A stretch of 64,000 nt of DNA from Patescibacteria group bacterium (GCA_041651095.1 JBAZJV010000001.1:147835-211834); one strand, 5' to 3'; counted from the first letter of the stretch, positions 53,601 through 62,608 are shown. Made by a program: numbers and translations. Notes: generated by a model from the letters alone, not told the origin.

Positions 53601-56045
53601 GGCACCGGTCTCTGTATTGCTGGCGATTGTAAAACCAGTTGGGAGGCGGTCGGCGGCGGCGGCTGGTTGCTGAATGGCATCGACACCTATAAGGCTGATA
53701 CGAGTGGGAATGTCGGGATTGGGACGACAAATCCTAATAATAAGCTAGAAGTAAACGGACAGATAGCTCAAAATGCTGCTAGTGGCGGCACTATTACTAG
53801 TTTTTCTTCTGATACACTTTTAAGAATGTGGGCCGATACTGGAAATAATTGGGGGGCAATTGAAGTAACTAATGCCGCTAATAACACAAAAAAGAATTTG
53901 GTATTAAATCCTTGGGGCGGCAACGTCGGGATTGGGACGACGAATCCGGGAGGTGCGAAGTTATTTGTAAATGATGGGATAACTCATCTCGGAGGGTATA
54001 CGGGAAGTGACATATTACAGATTCAACCGGGAGATGATAATAATCCGAGTTATGCGGCTATAGTGGTTGGAAATTCGACTTGGACAGGGTGGCCATTTGT
54101 TGTGAGGAAAAACGGAGACATCGGTGGTAATACAATATATTTATCAGGAAGTAGCAATAACTATTTTGCCGGCAACGTCGGGATTGGGACAACGAATCCG
54201 GGGGCAACTTTAGATGTAAATACATCAAACGCAATGCCATTTAGAATTAGAAGATCAGGAGCTCTAGGTGGTGGATGGATGGGTGCAAATAATGTGATGA
54301 GCGGATCAGTCTCGGATTTACTAATTGTACCTGAAAATGATGGAGTAGGCGCTGGCGGCATCGCTTTTTATTCAACAGCTGGAGCTACTGAAGCATTTGC
54401 TATGGGAATCAATTCTTCTGGCAACGTCGGGGTGGGGATGACAAATCCGACCGATCGGCTCCAAGTTGGTGGCACAGCAGATAATAAATTAAGTCTTAGT
54501 GATTTAAGATCCGGCAGAGCGATCGCAGTCGGGCAGAAGAATCAGATATCTTTCTACAACTACGCCGGCAGTGGCCCCCCTATTTCTACTACGACTATAG
54601 GGTCAATAGTGGAATTTACGCCCTCAGGAGTGGGCGGAAATACTGGTATATTTTTCGGAACTACTGATTATAGCCTTGGTTATGGTGAAAGGATGAGGAT
54701 TTCGTCTAGTGGCAATATCGGCATCATGAAGACCAACCCCGGCACTACCCTTGATGTCGTCGGCGGCATTACCGCCTCCGGCACGATTAACGGCACCAGC
54801 CTCTGTATCGCCGGCGATTGTAAAGCTAACTGGGCGGCGGTCGGCGGCGGCGGCTGGAGCTTGAATGGCATTAATACCTATAAGACGGATACGACCGGCA
54901 ACGTCGGCATCGGTACGACCGATCCCGGCGCTTATAAGTTGAATGTTGGCGGCGATATTTATGCTGCCGGCGCCTTGACGGTGACCGGCTCCATTACGGC
55001 TTCCGGCGGCAATAGCGGCAATTGGAATACGGCCTATTCGGAAAGGGCGCAATGGGACGGCGGTTCGACTAATTTGGTGGCGGCCACCGGTCGCACCTCT
55101 TTAGGCCTCGGTTCTTTAGCGACGCTCAATTCCATTAATAACTCCAACTGGTCCGGCACGCAGTTATCGGTCGCTAACGGCGGCACTGGCACGACCACTC
55201 TGACCGGCATCCTGAAAGGGAACGGTACCTCCAACTTTACGGCGCTGACCGGCACCAGCGGTTACGTCACCCGTTGGACTGATAATAATACTATAGGTAT
55301 CGGCACGCTGTATGATAATTCTACCAACGTCGGCATCGGCAAAACCAATCCCGGCGCGACTCTAGATGTAGTCGGCAGCATCAACTCTTCCGGCACGGTA
55401 AACGGCACCGGTTTGTGCATGGCCGGCGACTGCAAGACCAGCTGGGCCAGCGTCACCGGCCCCTGGACAGCGAATGGCACCCATATCTATAATAACAATT
55501 CCGGCAATGTCGGCATCGGTGCGACCAATCCGGCCGCTAAATTGGATGTGGCCGGCGTCGTTAATGCCACCGGCGCGTCGTTCACCGGCTCGGTCAACAT
55601 GAATAATAATAATATTACTAATATTAACAAGATTTATGTTGGCACGATCGACCCGTTGTATAAGATAAAAGGCATCAATTATGCTACCTATGCCGCCTCC
55701 GTAGCCGGTGGAGTCAAGGAAGAGTATGTCGGCCGGCTGGCCATTACCCGTAAAGCGTCGGCCAAGGAATATGAAGCAGCGATAGATTTCTCTAAAGCCG
55801 CCGAAGGCAGCGACCTCTGGCTCTGGCGCAAGATCGTTGATTTCAATGCCGATAACGTGGAGGTCATCGCCACCCCCTATGGTCGGGCCGCCCAGGTTTA
55901 TTATATAATAGAAGGAGAGCGGATAATTTTCCGCTCCGATCGGCCGGCCGAGATTTCATACCGTCTGACCGGCAAGCGTTTTGACTGGCGAGAATGGCCG
56001 ACGGTGTCGGAAGACCAGGCTTTACAGGGCAGAGAAGTGGATTAA
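50646..56045 (+). CDS. giant secreted/surface repeat protein, tail-fibre-like (second copy of the architecture)
   Basis: 1799 aa with an N-terminal anchor (IFTLVFLVILGVFYF). It has the same GNVGIGTTNP motif family, 6 two-Cys modules and an LSVANGGTGTTTLTG fibre-like string. Confidence 0.85.
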   Translation: MKFRIKNLGKIFTLVFLVILGVFYFSAIARAAFITSGGSQWTDVSGGIYYTGNIGVGTSTPTGPLDVMTSGADGGFRVRYNGNGAEWFSVGNGGTGVVRFGAAGGYTDVGGAGNLGGRMNISSLNTGGSVPLVLTGVTSQTANLFEINDIGDQSGNKFVVQFGGNVGVAKTNPGTTLDIVGGLNASGTVNGTGLCISSDCRTSWAAAGAYWTGNGSNIYSNNSGNVGIGTTTPNYKLYVNGITYISGDVLGGGFVTDNGFYAMNTKYGWSDYYSIYAKTGINAQLNNTTQGPFNIWSSQLNVHSGLYVSGNVGIAKTNPGTTLDIVGGINASGTVNGTGLCIGGDCKTTWPTIVQAGLPSGTAGQTLYSDGTQWLTSSALINNGTNIGIGTTNPVEKLSVSGNMYITGTSSLIGKVGIGTNSPDPVRKLTIKAGRDAQNYGGSIAFYNDNYSSGRNFYIGNVYDGVNAMRFQVGRYDNSTYNDFFSITESGNVGIGTTAPVGALDTVLGSGTWSKYTEIVLAQESDNPSVRMYRPAGSGTLRTPWWISIENSALQFKTGSNAELGNESVASKLTILNGGNVGIAKTNPGTTLDITGGVSASGTVNGTGLCIAGDCRTSWAAAGAYWTGNGNNVYSNNSGNVGIGTTNPVGKLDVRPAGNNGNGKIYVGGDNTYPRLYMGGDSTTVAGVFNRTQGSATMYFGEFSDTGGFEMRGTGNYNFGADRLFLSSGGNTGIGTTNPLSKLDVYNGNIGVSNNVASGGNASGLIFYHTAGLGSNWYSGLVPYVTSSYDRVGLKFLTANSGAATEKMVIAPDGNVGIGTTNPLTKLHISSGDFSINRASTSTFANLGWQTAGAAKWWLGLRNDGTDQLYLYDQAAGQARVTFSQNGNVGIGTTNPTQARLVSAGTASVGPYVGLNDNNVKIFEITYGAGRDGVLKLFKNDTTLNVLLNSNGNSYVNSGNVGIAKTDPGTTLDIVGGLSASGTVNGTGLCIAGDCKTSWEAVGGGGWLLNGIDTYKADTSGNVGIGTTNPNNKLEVNGQIAQNAASGGTITSFSSDTLLRMWADTGNNWGAIEVTNAANNTKKNLVLNPWGGNVGIGTTNPGGAKLFVNDGITHLGGYTGSDILQIQPGDDNNPSYAAIVVGNSTWTGWPFVVRKNGDIGGNTIYLSGSSNNYFAGNVGIGTTNPGATLDVNTSNAMPFRIRRSGALGGGWMGANNVMSGSVSDLLIVPENDGVGAGGIAFYSTAGATEAFAMGINSSGNVGVGMTNPTDRLQVGGTADNKLSLSDLRSGRAIAVGQKNQISFYNYAGSGPPISTTTIGSIVEFTPSGVGGNTGIFFGTTDYSLGYGERMRISSSGNIGIMKTNPGTTLDVVGGITASGTINGTSLCIAGDCKANWAAVGGGGWSLNGINTYKTDTTGNVGIGTTDPGAYKLNVGGDIYAAGALTVTGSITASGGNSGNWNTAYSERAQWDGGSTNLVAATGRTSLGLGSLATLNSINNSNWSGTQLSVANGGTGTTTLTGILKGNGTSNFTALTGTSGYVTRWTDNNTIGIGTLYDNSTNVGIGKTNPGATLDVVGSINSSGTVNGTGLCMAGDCKTSWASVTGPWTANGTHIYNNNSGNVGIGATNPAAKLDVAGVVNATGASFTGSVNMNNNNITNINKIYVGTIDPLYKIKGINYATYAASVAGGVKEEYVGRLAITRKASAKEYEAAIDFSKAAEGSDLWLWRKIVDFNADNVEVIATPYGRAAQVYYIIEGERIIFRSDRPAEISYRLTGKRFDWREWPTVSEDQALQGREVD

Positions 56046-56081
56046 GTTTAAAAATTAATAAATTTATATATAATTAAATTT

Positions 56082-56774
56082 ATGGACAACAAACCTATGG
56101 ACAACAAGCCAGTGGGCGGCGCCAAGAAGATCTGGATCCTCTTGGGGGTGCTGGTAGTCATCGTGATTATCATCATTGTGGCTGCTATGCAGGGGAAAAA
56201 GCCCGCCAATCAGGGAACTAGTCAAGAGCCGCAGACGAGCGGCAACGAAGTCGAGACGACCGGTGCCGAGAAGACTCCGGCCGGCGAAGAAGGCACGACG
56301 CCGGTGCAGAACCTGGAAGACAATAAAGTCTACAGCCTGGATGACGCCAAGGCTCAGATTCCTGGCGCCAGCCTGGTTACCGCCGGCGAGCAGAAGGTCG
56401 TAACATCGGAAGGCAAGGCCGCTCAGAACGATGCTATCCCGAACAGTCCGGCTGCGCCGAAACCGGTTTTGGTCGCCAAAGATCAGCTGCCGGCAGCTGC
56501 CGTCAAGCTGGAAGTCGGTAACGGCAAGATTACGCCCGCCTCGTTTACGGTCACTGCCGGCCAAGTCGTGAATCTGGCGGTTTCTTCCGCCGATAATCAG
56601 GTCCACGTCTTCATCTTCACCAATTCCGCGGTCGGCGCCATCGCCATGGGCGTCGGACCGGGCGAGACCAAGGCGATTACCTTCAATGCGCCGGCAGCCG
56701 GCAGCTATGATTTCCGCTGCGACGTTCCCGGCCATAAGGAAAAGGGCGAAGTCGGCAAGATGATCGTCAAGTAA
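56082..56774 (+). CDS. membrane-anchored cupredoxin (type-1 copper) domain protein
   Basis: 230 aa with a TM (ILLGVLVVIVIIIIVAA) and a low-complexity linker. The C-terminal domain carries candidate ligands H (NQVHVF) and FRCDVPGHKEKGEVGKM. Confidence 0.65.
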   Translation: MDNKPMDNKPVGGAKKIWILLGVLVVIVIIIIVAAMQGKKPANQGTSQEPQTSGNEVETTGAEKTPAGEEGTTPVQNLEDNKVYSLDDAKAQIPGASLVTAGEQKVVTSEGKAAQNDAIPNSPAAPKPVLVAKDQLPAAAVKLEVGNGKITPASFTVTAGQVVNLAVSSADNQVHVFIFTNSAVGAIAMGVGPGETKAITFNAPAAGSYDFRCDVPGHKEKGEVGKMIVK

Positions 56775-56909
56775 TAGTCGGCCAATCATCAGTTTTCATA
56801 CTAAGAACGCCCGCCGTCCGGCGGGTGTTTTTAGTTGGAGAATATGCTATAATTAGCTTATCATCCGTTAATCATTCTTAGGCTCGCCGGCATCAGGCCG
56901 GCCATCATT

Positions 56910-58349
56910 ATGCCGCATTTTTCTTCCGGGGCGCGTAAACTGTTTTTTATCTTCGTCCTGGTCATCATCTTCGTTATACCCGTTTCTCTGAGCGTGCTGG
57001 ACTGTGTCCCGCCGGATGCCGCGATTTCTCCGGCTGACACTGTGGCTACTGGCACGCCCGTCGTTACGGTTACTTCTTCGTTGCCCGTTGTTTCGTCTGG
57101 CGCCTCTTTATCGCCGGCCGCTGTTCAGCCGGCCAAGCCAGCCGGCGGATCCCCGATTGACTCCCTGGCCGCGGCGCAGCAATTCGGCTCCTTCGCTTAT
57201 AGCCAGGTTAATTTTCATTTATCAGGCAGTGCTATTCGTTTTGACAACGAGACGCGCGGCCTGTCTTTTTATCCGGATTACGCCATGAGCGGGGCCGGCA
57301 GCCAATTGCTCGGCACCGCCGTACAAAAATCCCTACAAGACGCGGCTGCTAACGATTTTAACGGTCCATACGCGGACCGCCGCTGTCTGGGTAATGATTG
57401 CCTGGAACAGAAAGACTGGGAATTATTTTATAACGACCGGTATTTGGATTTGCCGCTTAGCAGCAGTTCTTTAACCGCCGTTTCCATCGCCGGCCTGCAG
57501 AAAATCTGGCTGGTCGGGTTGACTTTCCGAGCGGGCGAAGGATATCGGGGCCGAGCCTTTCGTTTTGACGGCCGGGAATTTACGGAAATCGTGACGCCGT
57601 CGCCGATCACTTCCTTATACCCCGGTCTATTTGGTTTCGGCGGCGAGGACGATGATTTTTTGGTCTTATATAGCGCGGATCAGGGCACGGCTTACCGCAT
57701 CCGCGGCGGCCGGTTTACCGAAGCGATCAATATCAGTCGCTTCTTCAATATTCGCGGTCCGTTGGCCGCTTTCAAGGCGGAAGCGATCAAGGTGGTAAAC
57801 GGCAGCGATACCGTCTGGTATATTTATAGCTCCACTTTGTCCCGGCCGCGGCTCTTGAAACTCTGGCAGAACCGGACCGCGGAAATTGTCGGCAGCCTGT
57901 CTTTCGATAATTTTCCGGGCAGCCGGGCCAAGGCCGCCCTATTTCGTAAACTGGACGTGAGCACCGGGCAGATCCGGCTGGCTGCCCTGGTCCGGGATTA
58001 CCGGGGCGGGGAAGATTGGCAGATCTTTAGCGACCGTGGCTTTAAAAATACCAAGCCGGTTTCGCTTGCCACGCCGGCGCTGGGGAAACTGTCCGGCGGC
58101 GCCGCTTACCGGATAATTTCTATCGCGAACAGTGCTTTGGATATTGATCCACCCAGCCAGGATAAGGTGAAATGGCTATTTTCAACCGATAATAAAAATT
58201 GGCGAACCGTGCCTTTGGGCCGCAACTTGGAGTTTAAGACGGCGACGGCCAACTCCTATTTTTTCCGGCTAGATTTCCCGGCCAGCGGCGATAAGTTCTT
58301 TTCCCCTTTTATTAGTGCGATTTTCTTTGATTATTATTTCCAAAAGTGA
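56910..58349 (+). CDS. secreted/membrane-anchored hypothetical protein
   Basis: 479 aa with an N-terminal TM (LFFIFVLVIIFVIPVSL) and a Ser/Pro/Val-rich linker. No family recognised. Confidence 0.65.
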   Translation: MPHFSSGARKLFFIFVLVIIFVIPVSLSVLDCVPPDAAISPADTVATGTPVVTVTSSLPVVSSGASLSPAAVQPAKPAGGSPIDSLAAAQQFGSFAYSQVNFHLSGSAIRFDNETRGLSFYPDYAMSGAGSQLLGTAVQKSLQDAAANDFNGPYADRRCLGNDCLEQKDWELFYNDRYLDLPLSSSSLTAVSIAGLQKIWLVGLTFRAGEGYRGRAFRFDGREFTEIVTPSPITSLYPGLFGFGGEDDDFLVLYSADQGTAYRIRGGRFTEAINISRFFNIRGPLAAFKAEAIKVVNGSDTVWYIYSSTLSRPRLLKLWQNRTAEIVGSLSFDNFPGSRAKAALFRKLDVSTGQIRLAALVRDYRGGEDWQIFSDRGFKNTKPVSLATPALGKLSGGAAYRIISIANSALDIDPPSQDKVKWLFSTDNKNWRTVPLGRNLEFKTATANSYFFRLDFPASGDKFFSPFISAIFFDYYFQK

Positions 58350-58424
58350 TATAATTAGCTTAGGCTTAAAATAGGTCTAAATTTAGTTAAATTAAATATA
58401 ACATTTAAAAATAATCTCATTATT

Positions 58425-58922
58425 ATGAGCAAAAAGACTTACCTTTGGCTGGCCGTGGCGGTCATTGTCGTCATCGCGGCCATCTACGTTCTCGTCTCCT
58501 TGAATTCTCAAGGTTTGAACGGAGAATACGCCGATCAGGGCCAGGCCCAGACCCTGAATAACAACCTCATTCCGACCGGCAATGAAGCGGCCGCGCTCAA
58601 ACAGGGTGATGTCATTCCGGGCTATGCCACGGACAGCAATTCCATCGAGCAGGCGCCGATAATCATCACGGCCGAAGCCAAATCTTTCAGCCCGACCGCG
58701 GTGACGGCCAAGCTGAATTCCAAGATTACCTTCATCCTGGAGGCGACCGACGACGCGACCCACTCGTTGTCTTTTTCCAGCAAGCAATTCGGCTACATCC
58801 AGGACGTCAATTTCTCCAAGGCTAGCGGTCGCAAGTCAATAACCTTCCCGGGCAATATCGCCGGATCTTTTAATTTTTACATCGATCAGGAGAGCAATAA
58901 GGGAACCCTGGTGGTTAAATAG
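58425..58922 (+). CDS. membrane-anchored cupredoxin-like protein lacking the Cys/His/Met copper ligands
   Basis: 165 aa with the same TM-linker-beta-domain layout as 56082..56774. The C-terminal GSFNFYIDQESNKGTLVV replaces the C..H..M ligand region. Confidence 0.55.
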   Translation: MSKKTYLWLAVAVIVVIAAIYVLVSLNSQGLNGEYADQGQAQTLNNNLIPTGNEAAALKQGDVIPGYATDSNSIEQAPIIITAEAKSFSPTAVTAKLNSKITFILEATDDATHSLSFSSKQFGYIQDVNFSKASGRKSITFPGNIAGSFNFYIDQESNKGTLVVK

Positions 58923-58955
58923 CCTAGTTGAGCGTTTAATTTTTAAAATACCCTT

Positions 58956-61900
58956 ATGAATTTTAAAAAACTAAAACTAAGCAAATCCTTGGTGTTTGCT
59001 TCAGTTTTTATTGCCGTTGCCGTCGCGGCCGCTTTCTTGTCGCTGCGGCCGGTCGGGCCGCCAGCCTTAGCTGCCAGCGACTGCCGGCTTAACGTGACGG
59101 CCAGCGGCAATATTTCCGTCAGTCCGGTTTCCGGCAGTAATTGTACTATTACGGCCGGCACCATCGAAGGCGTTGACAGCGGCGACCTGATTATCCCCGC
59201 TAACAAGACGATTACCATCGGCTCGGGCGCCCAACTGGTTATGGATCCGAACCATCCTTTGGATAAGACGGCCCTTGGCACCAAGATCATCATCGAGAAG
59301 CCGAGCGCGGCGGGCGGCGCTATCGTCAAGGGCTATATCTGCGCGGTTGACGCCGATAATGACGGCTACGCCGATAAAGTCGGGAGTAACAGTGAGCCGA
59401 TCTATCAGTATTCAGCTTCGCCAGATTGTCCGGCCAACACAGTTCGCAAAGCAAGCCTAGGCAATAACATTACCCAATTGGACTGCGTCTCCGGCACCGG
59501 GCAGAAGTTGAACGCGACCTGCTCGCCCAAGCTCGGCAATTGGGAAGATATAGGCGGCTGCGGCGATTATGCCCCCGGCATCCAGTACCAAAAGATGGAT
59601 TGGACCCGGACGACTTTGACCGCAGCCAACTGCGGTGGTAATGACTGCGTCCTGTCCGGTACGGACTATGATTATACTACGACTTGCGAATGTAACCCCG
59701 GTGCCACTACCACCTATTCTTGCGGTACTGGCAACTGTACCCGTTCCGGCACCAAGACTTGCGGTAGCGACCGCAAATGGGGCGCCGGCAATTGTGTGGC
59801 CGGCACACCCGGCACCTGCCAATCTTTGGGCTATGAATGTGGCCAGGATTTAAGCGACGGCTGTGGCAACTATAACCTGAATTGCGGCAATGATAATAGT
59901 TCTACCAGTTGTACGGTCGGCGTTGGCGCCTGTCAAAACACCGGTACCAAGTCCCGAACCTGCTCCGGCGGCGTTTGGGGCACTTATGGCGCTTGTTCGG
60001 CCACGGCCGGCATCCCGAGCACGGAAATTTGCAACGGCGATGATGATGATTGTGATGGGTCAACTGACGCTATTGACTCCGATTTGCTTCCCCAGACTCA
60101 GAGCTGCACGGTCGGCGTTGGCAATTGTGCCCGCACCGGCACTCAAAGTCGGACTTGTTTCAATGGTGCCTGGCCGACTTGGGGCGCTTGTTCCGCCACG
60201 CCCGGCACGCCGGACACCTGCAGTTCCTTAGGTTATGTTTGCGGTAGCAGCGTATCGGACGGTTGCGGCGGCACTCTGAATTGCGGTACTGACACTTCTT
60301 CGACCAGCTGCACGGTTGGCGAGGGGGATTGCCAACGTACTGGTACTAAGACTAGGTCCTGCTCCGGCGGCGCCTGGGGCGCCTATGGCGCCTGTTCAGC
60401 TACGGCCGGGGCACCGACCAAGACTTGTGCGACGGCGGTAGAGGACGGAGCCTTTTGCGGCACTCCGCCAAATGGTTGTGGTGGCACATTAAGTTGCGGT
60501 TCCTGTGGTACCGGTTATACATGTTCTAACTATAAATGTGTTTTTGATGGTGCTAACTTCACAACCGGTTATACAGACGTTGATAAAGATGGATATGGCA
60601 GCGGCAGCTATGGTATTTGGGCAAATAGTTCTTCCTATAACGTCGTTTCTAACGATTCCGACTGCGATGACAGCAATGCCAGCATCACGCCCGGTTCTTA
60701 CGCCACCTGTGATTCTAACGGCGACGGAGCGGCTTGCGGCTATAAACACTGTTCGGCCGGTTCCTGGACTTCTTGCCAAGATGACGATTCTGCTACTTAT
60801 TATCGCGACGCCGATGGTGATGGAGCTGGCGATCCTAGCGTGTCGACCACCGCTTGCCAGTCTAGCTGGGGTCCACCCGTCTGCCATTCAGAGCCGGCGA
60901 TTTGTCCGAGCACTTGGTGTAATTCTTCCTCTAGCGGATATTATATAACTTGTAGCTGTTTCCAGATAGTTTGTCCGCCGCAAGCGTCACCTGTCAAAGA
61001 ATTTATTTCTTATGGTGGCTATACCTATGTCCGTACATCCAATGATTGCAATGACTCCAATTCCAACATAACTTCTAGTTCCAGCAGTACTTGCGACTCT
61101 AACGGTGATGGCTCATATTGCGGCACCAAAACCTGCAGTAATGGGCTCTGGAGTTCCTGTACCGGAGATCATTCTTTGCAAGCGTATTATTATGACTTTG
61201 ATTATGATGGACTTGGTAATCCATCTCAAACCATATATGCTTGCACCGATGTTCACATTGGATATCCTAGCTCCACTGATGGTACTGACTGCAATGATAA
61301 CGACGCAAATATTAAGGCATATGTTTTTAATACCTATTCTTGTTCAGTCGGCACTGGCGCCTGCCAACGCAGTGGAACCTATGACCATTATTGTTTAGGC
61401 GGTGTCTGGGGGTCTAATAATTGTAGAGCCACAGCCGGTTCACCAAGTTCGGAAACCTGCAACGGTGTTGACGATGATTGCGACGGCTCAGTTGACGAAG
61501 GCTTGAGCCAGAGCACGAGCTGTTCGGCTGGCACCGGCGCTTGTTATCGCACTGGTACTATGAGTAGAACCTGTGCCGGAGACGGTTCTTGGAATCCCTG
61601 GGGCGCCTGTTCAGCCACGGCCGGCTCGCCCAGCTCTGAATCTTGCAATGGCGTTGATGACGATTGCGACGGGTCAACGGATGAAGGCTTGAGCCAGAGC
61701 ACGAGCTGTACGGTCGGCACCGGCTATTGTGCTAATACCGGCACCCAGAGCAGATCCTGCTCCGGCGGTTCCTGGAGTTCCTGGAGTTCCTGTTCGGCTT
61801 CGCCACTTTCACCGCCATCTTGTAGCTATTTCGGCTATGTCTGCGGCAGCAGCATGTCAAACGGTTGCGGCGGCACCATGAATTGCGGTTCAAACTCCCA

Positions 61901-62387
61901 GTCGCAGAGCTGTTCAGTCGGTACTGGCGCCTGTTACCGGACCGGCACCCAGAGCAGATCCTGCTCCGGCGGTTCCTGGGGTTCCTGGGGGTCCTGTTCG
62001 GCCACGGCCGGCTCGCCCAGTTCGGAAAGTTGTAATGGCACTGACGATGATTGCGACGGCTCGACCGATGAAGGAACTAATTATAATCAGTCTTGCAATA
62101 ACGGACAATCCGGCAGCTGTTACCGGACCGGTACTTATTATATGGCCTGTAACAACGGATCATATATCCAGACCACTGGCTGTTCCGCTCCTTATGTCGC
62201 GCCCGGCACCTGTTCTTCCTTGGGGTATTCCTGCGGCAGCAGCATGTCCAACGGCTGCGGCGGGACGATAAATTGCGGCGCCAATTCTCGCACCAGATCC
62301 TGCACGGTCGGCGGCAGCCCGGGCTATTATTATGACACTTGCTCCGGCGGCAGCTGGTCTAACGGAACGACGTGTTATAAGTCATAA
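58956..62387 (+). CDS. giant Cys-rich secreted protein with MopE-type CNGxDDDCDG motifs
   Basis: 1143 aa with a signal peptide (LVFASVFIAVAVAAAFL). It has 4 CNG(D/V/T)DDDCDGS(T/V)D motifs, ~8 C(T/S)VGxGxCxRTGTxSRxCSGGxWGxxGxCSAT modules and 4-5 SLGYxCGxxxSxGCGGTxNCG modules. Confidence 0.85.
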   Translation: MNFKKLKLSKSLVFASVFIAVAVAAAFLSLRPVGPPALAASDCRLNVTASGNISVSPVSGSNCTITAGTIEGVDSGDLIIPANKTITIGSGAQLVMDPNHPLDKTALGTKIIIEKPSAAGGAIVKGYICAVDADNDGYADKVGSNSEPIYQYSASPDCPANTVRKASLGNNITQLDCVSGTGQKLNATCSPKLGNWEDIGGCGDYAPGIQYQKMDWTRTTLTAANCGGNDCVLSGTDYDYTTTCECNPGATTTYSCGTGNCTRSGTKTCGSDRKWGAGNCVAGTPGTCQSLGYECGQDLSDGCGNYNLNCGNDNSSTSCTVGVGACQNTGTKSRTCSGGVWGTYGACSATAGIPSTEICNGDDDDCDGSTDAIDSDLLPQTQSCTVGVGNCARTGTQSRTCFNGAWPTWGACSATPGTPDTCSSLGYVCGSSVSDGCGGTLNCGTDTSSTSCTVGEGDCQRTGTKTRSCSGGAWGAYGACSATAGAPTKTCATAVEDGAFCGTPPNGCGGTLSCGSCGTGYTCSNYKCVFDGANFTTGYTDVDKDGYGSGSYGIWANSSSYNVVSNDSDCDDSNASITPGSYATCDSNGDGAACGYKHCSAGSWTSCQDDDSATYYRDADGDGAGDPSVSTTACQSSWGPPVCHSEPAICPSTWCNSSSSGYYITCSCFQIVCPPQASPVKEFISYGGYTYVRTSNDCNDSNSNITSSSSSTCDSNGDGSYCGTKTCSNGLWSSCTGDHSLQAYYYDFDYDGLGNPSQTIYACTDVHIGYPSSTDGTDCNDNDANIKAYVFNTYSCSVGTGACQRSGTYDHYCLGGVWGSNNCRATAGSPSSETCNGVDDDCDGSVDEGLSQSTSCSAGTGACYRTGTMSRTCAGDGSWNPWGACSATAGSPSSESCNGVDDDCDGSTDEGLSQSTSCTVGTGYCANTGTQSRSCSGGSWSSWSSCSASPLSPPSCSYFGYVCGSSMSNGCGGTMNCGSNSQSQSCSVGTGACYRTGTQSRSCSGGSWGSWGSCSATAGSPSSESCNGTDDDCDGSTDEGTNYNQSCNNGQSGSCYRTGTYYMACNNGSYIQTTGCSAPYVAPGTCSSLGYSCGSSMSNGCGGTINCGANSRTRSCTVGGSPGYYYDTCSGGSWSNGTTCYKS

Positions 62388-62414
62388 GATAAGAAATTAC
62401 TGTATAGATAGCAG

Positions 62415-62442
62415 AAAGCGCTGAAGAGCGCTTTTTGCTTTT
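62415..62442 (+). terminator. intrinsic terminator
   Basis: AAAGCGCT-GAAG-AGCGCTTT followed by TTGCTTTT. Confidence 0.7.
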
Positions 62443-62488
62443 ATTAGCCTAATATTATATTACAATTTGACAAAAATTAGTAAAAATA

Positions 62489-62517
62489 TTGACAAAAATC
62501 AAAATGTGTAGTATAAT
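62489..62517 (+). promoter_or_regulatory. consensus sigma70 promoter TTGACA-N17-TATAAT
   Basis: TTGACA 62489-62494, a 17-nt spacer, then TATAAT 62512-62517. A second TTGACA lies 22 nt upstream. Confidence 0.75.
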
Positions 62518-62608
62518 ATAATCAATTAATGAAGTGAAATGGGCACTAGTTAAAGCCCTTTAAAAATTGAATAAAAAACAAAAAACATATATCCGTAAGG
62601 AGGATACA

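Noticed and set aside
44286-56045. Periodic nucleotide repeats, considered as a possible CRISPR-like or satellite array
   Set aside because: The repeats are in frame within two long ORFs and vary in spacing (tens to hundreds of codons). They encode a conserved peptide motif. There is no short direct repeat/spacer periodicity and no cas genes.
56064-56789. 241-aa minus-strand ORF
   Set aside because: It is antisense to the cupredoxin gene. That gene has a coherent TM-linker-domain architecture and copper-ligand motif.
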